Assembly (NCBI GenBank): GCA_023231475.1
Contig: JALJEE010000877.1
Coordinates: forward strand, 1 to 54,038
Length of the DNA: 54,038 nt
Reading direction: 5' to 3'
Source: Seison nebaliae
Lineage: Eukaryota
The position numbers and the translations under genes are program-made. The notes below the pieces were generated by a model that ran no database searches, was not told the DNA's origin, and saw only the letters and a program-made list of their open reading frames with translations. This document shows positions 12,870-23,372 of the stretch, piece after piece; the first letter of the stretch is position 1; each line of letters starts with the position of its first letter.

Positions 12870-15800
12870 ATGAAGAAACATATTAGTCGAATGAGAAACA
12901 GTTATCGTCGATTTAATGAAGCTTGTCGATCAGGAAATGAATCAAGAGCATTATCATACTACCGACGAATCAAAAATAATTTCATTTTCGATGAGATTCA
13001 TGCCCATATTGCCAATGCTTCGACAAATGGCGGAGGTAAAACAATTAAAAATCTTCCAAACATTCCTTTTGGTCGACGATCGATGAAACTGAGACATCGA
13101 ATTACTAATCAATTTCCCTTCAAAGTGAATAAGAAACGTCACATGAATTTCATTTTGAAGAAATGGTCGTTTCGAAGTTTAAACGAATATAATCTAGCTC
13201 TCATTATTCACACGATCTGCGAGAATGGCCTTCTCGATCTCTTCATGTTTCTTTCTCATAATTTTCTTCTTCCTCAACTTTCTTCTAATTTCTAGTGAGA
13301 TCGTAAATGATTTTCCGTTCGAATGTTCCTTTGAAAATGCGTCGCACAACAATATCATTCATTCGATTTGTTTATGTGGAAATGAAATGACTTCGATCGA
13401 AATGGTCAATGTTCTAATTGATCGAAAACGCATAAAAAATCATAATATTATCTCGTCAAAGAATGGTGATGGGAATACACCGATTCATTTGGCATGTCAA
13501 CTTCAATATTTTCAGTTAGTTCGTCAATTAATCGCGTTGAATGAAAACTGTTTATATGTTCGAAATGATGTAAATTTGCTGCCAATCGATTATCTGAACG
13601 AGAGGACATCGAGTGAATTTTATATTTATCTCCAGTCCATTATGTTGTTCCCAGCGACGACGATGTTTTCGATGGATGAGCATCTCTTCGACTTCTCATC
13701 CTCCACTTACTACACTTGTCGTTATTGTTCGTTGCCTCATCTCAATCCCAACCAAATGAGTACGATGATGAAGGAGAAGCATAGTGTGGACGAGACGATG
13801 GTGAAGGAGATTATTGATAATCTGCGAAGTATTTTAAAATTGATTAATGGAGATGATAATTCTCTAATGACCACATCGAAACAATTAAGACATTCAATTT
13901 TTTTTAAATTTCGACCACAAACCTTCAAACATGATCGTTCCTTGAATGTTGGAGTGAAGAGTCTTGATTTTCGATTATGTCAAAGTGTTTTCAACATTTC
14001 TTCTTTGTCATCATCAACACCATCAACATCATTATCAGCAAGTGGAGAATCGAAAGAAGTAGTGAACAATTTACGTACAATGAGTTACAAACAGCAAAAG
14101 ATGAATATGAATTCGGTCGATCAATTCTCTAGTTTACCTGATGTCCGATTAATGGAGACGAGTGACGAAAGGAAATATGATTGTCCTATCTGCTTTCGTC
14201 GGACATCAGCAACTTATCGGAAAGAGGAATGTCATCATCGATGTTGTTTGGATTGTTGGAAGAGATATCTAACCGAAAAGATAATATCTACTGAAATATT
14301 TATAGGCAATTCAAATTATAATTTATTGAGAAACTTTAAAATCGATTGTCCATTCTATGATTGTAATAAAATGTTAAAGAAGAATGAAATCGAAAAACTC
14401 CTGCCAGATAAACGCTATTTAGTAAAGAAATTGTTCATTCAAGTCGATAATCAATGTCGTAAATGTGGAAATGATTTATTGAAGAATTCACTGGATGTTA
14501 ATAAAGAAAAAACGGAAAATGATTTTGTTGAAAAGGAACGAATGTCAGAATGTGAAAGACGAATGAAGGAATCATATCAAAGACGACATAGTAGAGGAAG
14601 TGGAAAGATGGAAGAGAATTCGTCGAATTTATCAACGACAAAATTTTCGGTTGTCGACACAACATCTAAAGGAAAAACTGTCACCACGACTAATAGTAGT
14701 AGTGAAAGTAGTGTTTGTATGGACTTGAATGAAATGAGGAGATTGAATTATCCATCGTTGTTCGGAAAGAATAGTCGATTGTTGAAGAAATGGTTAAATA
14801 TGATAAAACCTGAAACAATTCATCATACAGATGATTCCACGAAATCATTGAAGAATATGGATCGATTAGGAACAGCAGAACATTGTAGTAATTATCATTA
14901 TCAATGCCGATATTGTTCTTTGAATGAGCAACATGGACCATTGACATGTGAGGAATCAATCGGTTGGTATTCCATTTATCATTCACGAATTGATCAATTT
15001 AAAATTGAGGACAAATGTACGAATGCTCCGTACGAGAAATTCGAGAGCGATCTCACCGAATTGTGGATTCTGAAGAATTCCAAACGATGTCCCAATTGTC
15101 ACGTGGCCATCGAGAAGAATGATGGATGTAATCATATGAAATGTATGAGATGTTTCCATCAATTCTGTTGGGTATGTTTGGATGATTGGAAGGGACATGG
15201 AGCGAACACTGGAGGTTATTATCAATGTAATCGTACGGATAAGATTACGAGTCAATTGTATTCGAGGAGGAAATTCCTTCATCGCTTTAACAAAAAGAAT
15301 GATAGTTCTTTTATGAATCTTTTACTTTTATCGTTTAGTCGTCGTTATGAATATTATGAGAAGAATGAAAATATGCTGAAAGAGACGATAAAGAATTCTC
15401 GATATCATATCATTCAGTTATTTCTCGCAACGATGCTCCGACGAGATATTCGAATACGAAAATCTTTAAAAACTTCTTTGAATGTTCGACGAACGAATTC
15501 GTTTCGCATAACTCGTCGCCGACAATTTTCGTTATCTCCATCATCCACAATCATTCGAAGGAAGAGAATGGCACGAACACAATCACCGATTGGAATTGGT
15601 CGAAGTTGTTCGTTGAAATTATTGAAGAATGATCGATTGCATCGTAATATGAATGGAATGGATGATATGATGAATTTATCGGAATATTATAAGAAATTAT
15701 TAACCTTCCTCCAAACCAATTTGATCCAACGACAAGTTTATGAAGAACGAACAAATAGCGCTATAGTTAATGCACAGTTGGTTGAGCAATGTCCGATTAT

Positions 15801-16887
15801 TGGATGGATGGAAACGATGTTTAAGGAAATGAAGAAATCGTCATCTCTTCTCAAATGGTCGAATGCGTTCGCATATTTCCGATGGAGGAACTTCTCTGCC
15901 AATTTCAACAAATCTCTCACAACCGAATTATTTCAGTCGTCAATTCTTTATCATTTGAAACATGAATTGATTGCTTTCGATAAGAAATTCCGTCAATTAG
16001 AATACATCTACCATCATCTCTTTCAAATCTTATACTATAACTCTTATAATTTGAAATTACGTAATCTTCTCGAATTAATTACGACTTTACATTCGGCGCG
16101 TGTACATCTCTTAAAATTTTTGGTTTGTTCCCTACACAATGATTTTCTTCATCCCTATTGTCAAAATCAATCGATCGCCAATAGTACTCGATATCGACTA
16201 CAATTAATCCAAAAAAATACTCATTCTTCTTCTAAACATTTGGTAAAGTATAATATGAATGAGATGGAATTATCAGTTCGATTTCCCTTAAATATTCTTC
16301 ATTTGATTGATGGGAAGCAATCCACCATCATATGTAACGATATCAACAAATTAAGAACGTTCACCATCAATTTTCTTACAGTAGATCGTTCGGCTAAGAA
16401 GAATATATGTGATCTACCTTGGATCATCGACAAGAATGGTTGTCACATCAGTCTACTCTCAATCATTAATAAAATACCAATCGTTCAACAATACATCGAC
16501 CATATGATGAAGTTGCAGTCATTTCTCGTCACGTCAACCGCTGCTTCTACAACCACTTCACAATATGAACGGAAAGAGAAAGATATGGAATTGGAAGACG
16601 AACAATATAAAGATGAGAAGTTCTTTCGACGTTGTCTCAATTTCAAGTTTTGCAGTCGTTACATCAAATTGAAATTAGGGAATGGAACATACATCCCTTG
16701 GTGTACATTATATTGTCTTCAAAGATATTTCTACTTAATGAAGAAGACTACGGTCGTCAAAAATCGGGAGATGAAAGTGGACAAGTTAACTAAATTGTAT
16801 AATTATGTTCAATTATCGACGTGTATGAATAAAGAGGAAAGAAGGAAACTTCTCCATATGATTGAACAAATAATTCTCACAAAATGA
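12870..16887 (+). CDS. ANKIB1: Ankyrin repeat and IBR domain protein (ANKIB1-like, Ariadne-family RBR E3 ubiquitin ligase), 2 exons, about 1322 aa
   Basis: Exons 12870-13246 and 13296-16887 (intron GTTTCT...TAG, 49 nt). The N-terminal MRNSYRRFNEACRSGNESRALSYY resembles the ANKIB1 start. Domains: ankyrin GNTPIHLAC, RING1 CPIC..CHHRCCLDC..CPFYDC, RING2 CPNCHVAIEKNDGCNHMKCMRCFHQFCWVC, then HGANTGGYYQCN. The start may be ATG 12870 or 12891. Confidence 0.88.
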
Positions 16888-17426
16888 TCGAGAATAATCT
16901 GCTCTCCCTCCCCTGTTTCCGGTAATTAACAATAACAACTTGTCTTGTGGTGGAATTTCGAAATGAGTGAAAAGAAAATCGTTTAATAATTTTGAATTTA
17001 TTTATTTTAATTTTTTAATCATTACTTTCAGTTGAAATAATATGACTGAACAATCAATAATGTTATTCAAATTTTATTAAATTTCATTAGAAATGAAATT
17101 TCGCAATATATTATATAATATCAAATTGTTATATAAATCGAATATTTCGATATCAAAAAATTGAACGGAATTGAATGAAATTGAAGAAATTTTCTTAATT
17201 TTCCCATATAAAAATAAAAGGTTTCTGATCATATCAAATTCTTCCCACACATTTCTCAGTACTCATGAAACACTTTAAGACGTTTAGATTTTAGGAAATC
17301 GGTTACCGTTGAAGTTTCTGGGAAAAATTTTAGTTGTCACAATTGAAATCTTTTATGTTTTTTGTTTTTTACATAAAGTTCGTTTGTACAAAGTTTTGGA
17401 TAGAAACAAATAAAAAATAGTTTTAA

Positions 17427-20400
17427 TCATTCTTTATCATTATTGAAATTTTTCTTCAAATTATTTTGTTTGAGCTGTTGTCGTTGTCGCAATCTCAAGG
17501 CGAGTGATCGTCGACGATGGAATTCTCGACTTTGTTGAGGATTAAAATTCCATGTTTCAATGTGCTTCCTATTCGATGTTTTCCAACCATTTAACATAAC
17601 TTTAGTGAGTCGATCCAAAGGATTGAGTTTGGGCGTATATTCCAATCGTAACGGTTCGCCAACATCCGTATCATTTGAGTAAATGAGACGGAACATTTGT
17701 GGGGTGAAATGATTGTTTGGTTTTTTATTTGGAAATGATGTTGCATTCTCTAGTTGAATATTGGAGTTTCTCAACATCTCTAAAAAGTTTGACGTTCGTC
17801 GAAATAATCGACTTCTTAATAATTCTGCATCGTCAACTTCATCTCCATCATAGTTATCATGATTTGTCGACATGAGTTTAGTTTGTATAATTTGTAGCAT
17901 CTTCTCTTGTAACATCGGCAATAAATGATTTGCGATTTCAACAGGAATACAATTACATTCTCCAGTCGGACCGATAGGTCCAAGTTCACCTTCAACACCC
18001 CTTCGTCCCGGCGGTCCTGGTACACCATTATCTCCTTTCTTACCCTTTTCTCCAGCAGTTCCTTTCGATCCCCGTAATACTAATTGAATTATTAGAGAAT
18101 TGTTAGCTTGTCTTATTAAGGAAACCTTTATTAGATGATGTTGGAACTCGAACAAATGATTCATCACAATCACCTTTTACACCTTTTGGACCATGAGAAC
18201 CTGGAGGACCTATGGGACCGGTGGGACCTGGATGTCCAGGAACACCGGGCATCCCTGGTTCACCCTGAGTACCGGTATAACCACGATCTCCTCTAACGCC
18301 TTTCGTTCCAGGTTCTCCTTTATTTCCAGTTTTACCAATGCCTGGTGGTCCGGGTGGTCCTTTAAATCTCAACGAATATTCTTCGATTCTTTCTGCAAAA
18401 GAAAAAAGGAATAATTAATTTTTCCGGTTAAAATAATTATGTTGAGGAAGATGAATAATTTATATGTTTTAATTTCCCCAATACACTTACCTTCCAATAA
18501 ACCATCAATAACTTGACGGATGTTTGTCAATGATGGATATATACCCTAAATCATCTTCCAATCGACCCCCAAAAGAGAGAGAAAAAAAAGAAAAATTTTA
18601 TTAAACCTTCTAATAATTGCATGACGATATTACGAATTGTATCCATTGAAACAGATGGACCCTACATATTATTACAATTAGAGTATTATTTTCATTTTAT
18701 TCTACCACTTTTCTTTTCTTAAAACAATTCCATTTGACAACTCTGTACTAACCGGTGCGCCTGACTGACCAGGTATTCCAGGTGATCCTGCCTTCCCCCT
18801 TGGGCCCAGTGGACCTCTATTTCCCGTTTTGCCTGGATGACCTGGAAAACCCATATATCCAATAGGACCACGTTCACCCTTTTGTCCAGGAAGACCAATA
18901 GGACCTCTTGGTCCTTGAGTTCCTTTTTCACTTTCACCGTGGAAAATTTTTCGATCTACGCATTGACCTTTCATCCCCTAATTAAATCATTTTGAAATGA
19001 AAAAGAAACGATCAAAAGTGTCATAATAGAAGAAATAAAATAAAATATTTGAAAAAACTGAAAATAAAAAATATATTGATAAGATTCAGATTAAAAATAG
19101 AAATGGTGATAAGTAAATTTTTTGGACGCATGGCTACCTGTCAGATATACAAATGGCAGTTTATGATTGATACATTATCGATTAATAATGATAAACTTGT
19201 ACTATCAAAAGTTTCATCGAACTCATTTAACAATATATCCAACAGTGCACCAGGCGCTCAAAAGAATTTTTGGAAAAGAAATGGTTTCAAATATTTTGTT
19301 ATGGAAATCAAAAGGGATGAATGTATGAGAGAAGAGAATAATATTAACTTTTTCTCCTTTCGGCCCTTTAGCACCCTGAAATAAGAAGTGTGAAATTTTG
19401 AGGAATGATGGAAGTGCAATTTTATTGAAATGAAACTGTTGAACCCTTGGGACCCACGTCGCCCGTATCACCTTTCTCTGTTGTTACTTGCTTCCGCTCA
19501 TTCTTTTTCCACAATTCTTCGTTCCGTTTAACTTTTATTTGCACATTGTTATATTTCGTTTCCAATGTCCGTATCGAGTCCAAAACTTCATCAAATCCTT
19601 TCGCACTTGGACCAACGGGTCCGATGTCGCCTTTAACTCCCTTCGAACCTCGGATTCCCGTATATCCACGATCGCCCTTATTCCCCTTCATAAACAGATA
19701 ACATTAATAATTGAATAGTTCTCATAAAATCAATAATAAAATGGATATGGAACATTAATTCATTCATTCGTATATTTCAAATGTATTCTATCTTCTATCC
19801 AAATGAGTGATCGAATATCATAAAAATTTAATTTATTTATGCTCCATCGTCTTAATGTTATATGAGATTTCAACTCGACAATGACCATCTACTTTATAAC
19901 TGATGATTTATGGTACATTAATTAAGATTTAATCGAAGGTTAAACCGTTTGGAATGACGAATTGGAAATTAGAAGACGAAAGATGATAATTAAATTAAAT
20001 TAATTGGAAAATGAAAAATCATTTTAAAAAATTTATTATCCTTTAATTGTAAGAAATGTGAGGAAATAACTCAAAATTGCAGTGAGATTGGGAGGTAGGC
20101 ATGAAGTGAAACAGATAAATAAAGAAATGTGAATAGAACTCAATTAAGATTAAACATCCAAAGAAGAAATAAACATGTTGCGGATAAATCAATTAAGTTA
20201 CGTAGAAGATTTCATTTGATAATTGATGAATAATAAACGAAATTCAAGGTCGTCCTCGAACTTCCCTCTTCACTAATTATTTCTCATTCTTTTAATAATG
20301 ATTGATTTGTTTAACCTCCTTTCAATAATCACATATCTAAACTTGCTATCTTATTCTCATCTAACTCGCCAATGTAACTTACTCTGTCTCTAATAGATGA

Positions 20401-23372
20401 ATGGAAGGTGGTGGACTCTCTATTCTCTCCTTCCATTCCACATATTGGCGTTTGGTGGTGTTGATAGTATTAATCGTTTTATGAAATACAATTTAGAAAT
20501 CATTTCAAATTTAAAGAATCATTACTTAACTTTTTCCGTTTGAGCTGTATTGACATCTACAAATCGTATCTCGCCCGGTTCTCCTTTCATTCCTCGTTCA
20601 CCATCCAATCCTGGTTCTCCCATTCCTCCAGGCACTCCTGGATAACCACGACCTCCCCGTTTGCCTTTATCGCCGCGAGCACCTCGTTTACCTTTAGCGC
20701 CTCGCTCTCCCTAAAAAGATAAATGGAAATTTTAAGAAAAATCAATTGAAGAAATTAGAGGAAATCTTTCTTTTCTTTTTAGACAATAAACAAAGAGATT
20801 ATACGCACCTTTTTACCGTTGCGTCCATTTGCACCGAAATAACTCTAAATGAAATAGATAAACAATTAAAAATAGAACGAAAATTATTCAAAATTAAATT
20901 TTAAATTAAAATCAAAAAAATTAATAGTAAATGACCATCTAATGAAGATTAATTCTTCATCTATTCATTGTTACTGATAATGATGAGTATGAGGATTTAT
21001 CAATAGTAAAATTTTAGATACCAATTATTATTATTGAATAATATTTCATTCCGTCTACTTATTTTCAACATGATACATAACTAACAGTAATGTATTTGTA
21101 AATGGGCAAATGTTTCAGATCAGGTTCATGAGCATTTTTTTATCATTTCTAAACGGCAAAGAAATGAATGAAAAGAAGAAATGGAAGAATGGAACATCAA
21201 CTGATTTGATGAACGTCCGTTTTCCGAATAGAAGAAGATGTTAAAACAGAAAAAAAATCTGTTAAGTTCTCCAAATGGAAGAGAAAGGGCAAATGAGAAG
21301 GTTATTCTTATTTAATGATAAAACGAGATAGAGAGGATGGAGAAGATAAGATGGAGAATGGCTGTGAATCAAACTGGATTAAACTTCCCGGAAGATAAAA
21401 TTGAAAGACATGAACCGATCAAGATGGAAATCGAGTAAAGGAAATGAAAAGAAGAAAGAACTTATGATTTCCGACTGGTGTAGCATGATGAAGAAAGGGA
21501 AATATATAAAAAATGAGAGAAATAATTAAGTAAAACTTACATTTCCTGCTATTCCCTTTTCACCTTTCTCACCTTTTGGACAGGTCTGTTTGCATTGATT
21601 CTTCTGAAAAAGAATGGTTAAAAAGGAGAAGACATCATAAGAAATAGATGTCGAAATAAACTTACCGATTGTCCCATATAAGAATTGAGTTCGGAACATT
21701 CGTCCCGTTTCGCCCGTTCCTCATCACACATGAACATGAACCATTGAACATCAATCTAGAGATGAGAAGAATTTGGTTGATAAATATGCGATAAGAAAAT
21801 AGGGAAATGTTGATGTGGTGGGATGGAGATGAAATAATGTGCATACGAGGAGGATATGAGGAGAAGAATATATTAAATATCCTTAAAGTTAAAAATGAAT
21901 CATTCTCAATTGATCTATATTCGTTTTCTTCTTAGAAGAGTAGAAATAAAAGAAAAATAATTAAAATGAATCCATCAAATGGAACAGGTTAAAAGTAGAG
22001 AATTACAATTGAGATGGAAGGAGAATTTTGGAAGTAAAAGAAGTAATAATGAAGAACTTTAATTGACTGGGAGATGGAAGTGGATTGATCACTTTTGAAT
22101 AATTCGGTGAGTCCTGAACTGTATGATTTGAGTGAAGCACGTGGACTCAATTTCGTCGATTCAATAAATTGACAATTAATGTAAACATCCAATCTTTCGA
22201 TGCCGAAAGATGCATGTAATTTATACCATTTGAAAGGATGGAATTTCTGAAGAAATGCAACCAAGACCAGATGTATTATAAAAAGATATGAAACTTTTAC
22301 ATAAACGGAAAGATCGACATATGCTGAGCGTCGCATACCAAAAATATCAAGATAATGCAATTGCAATTGGACGCCGGTGGGATGGAAGGATTCGAACGAT
22401 AATTTCAACAACACACTTCCATCCTTCCTGAGAATATTGATCAAGGTCCATCGTTTCCCCGTAGTTTGTGGCAGGCGGAATGTCGTTTCAATTCCAAAAG
22501 TTTTGGGTAATCCAAAAGGAAATAATCGATTGTTGGGTAAACGCAGAAAAGATATAGGAGATTGTTTCGCAATAGAGAATGCTCGTTGAAGATCATTCGA
22601 ACCACGTATAACACGAAGACCTGAATCACGTAGTCTATCGATACCGAACGCTGACAACAAATCTTTACCTGCCGAATTGTCATCTGAAAGTTCACGACAA
22701 ACGGCTCGATTAGCTAAAGTGAAAGAAAGACAGGAAAAATATTAAAGGAAATCCATTTAAAAATTTTTGTTAAACGAAAGCAGAGAATGTGAATATGAAG
22801 AAGAAGTGGCGAAATGTTGTTAGCAACAGCTCCCTACTCGCAACCACATAATATAGTACAATATAAATGAACATATTCATACTTGAATTTAATTGTTCGC
22901 TGAAAGTGAAATGTCTTCTCTCCATCTCTAAAGGAGCATTGCGGAATATATCGCTGAGCTCATTATCTTCGTTCGTCTGTAAACGCATCTGTTTCGGTTT
23001 TCCATTCTCATTCGACGACGAATAATGATAGAATTCTGGATTCAATTGTTCTCGCAATTCATTCGGTGTTGCTGATCGACGTGATATTTGTGGTTGAATG
23101 ACACCTGAAGACAGAAGACGTTCAAATGTGATGAAAAGTTCCAAGTGGAATAAGCAGTTAGTCGGAAAAAAATGAAGAAAATCGAATAAAAGTGAGAGAG
23201 GTGGGAAGGATGATTTTCGGAAATCGATCTTACAACCTTACCAATCTCCAAAGGGATTATTCAGCTTGGATTTATGTTAAAAATTTAGTTTATACTCACC
23301 TCGCACGTAATGAATTGCCAGGAATATTAAGCAATATTGACAGTAGTTTTTCATCGGAATAAGAGTTATCAT
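17427..23372 (-). CDS. FACIT-like collagen with N-terminal TSPN/LamG domain and interrupted triple helices (COL9A1/COL19/COL21/COL22-like architecture), about 915 aa
   Basis: Exons (minus): 23372-23300 (signal-peptide-like), 23104-22883, 22713-~22295, 22246-22058, 21755-21666, 21603-21541, 20844-20809, 20710-20531, 19685-19437, 19375-19349, 18977-18753, one of 18661-18607 or 18545-18491, 18392-18126, 18079-17427. The sum is 2748 nt, in frame. TSPN motifs: C...[33 protein letters not shown]...[16 protein letters not shown]...RDECSEL. Several Gly-X-Y blocks follow. Confidence 0.85.
18491..18545 (-). other. Collagen mutually exclusive exon B (55 nt; [18 protein letters not shown] + 1 nt)
   Basis: TAG acceptor at 18548-18546, GTAAGT donor at 18490. 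Same length and phases as exon A, and a homologous peptide. Confidence 0.8.
18607..18661 (-). other. Collagen mutually exclusive exon A (55 nt; [18 protein letters not shown] + 1 nt)
   Basis: TAG acceptor at 18664-18662, GTTTAA donor at 18606; phase 0 in, phase 1 out. Confidence 0.8.

Noticed and set aside
19125..19145. Possible recursive splice site (CTGACAG|GTAGCC, minus strand) in the 371-nt collagen intron
   Set aside because: A single short motif with a weak pyrimidine tract; cannot be distinguished from chance.
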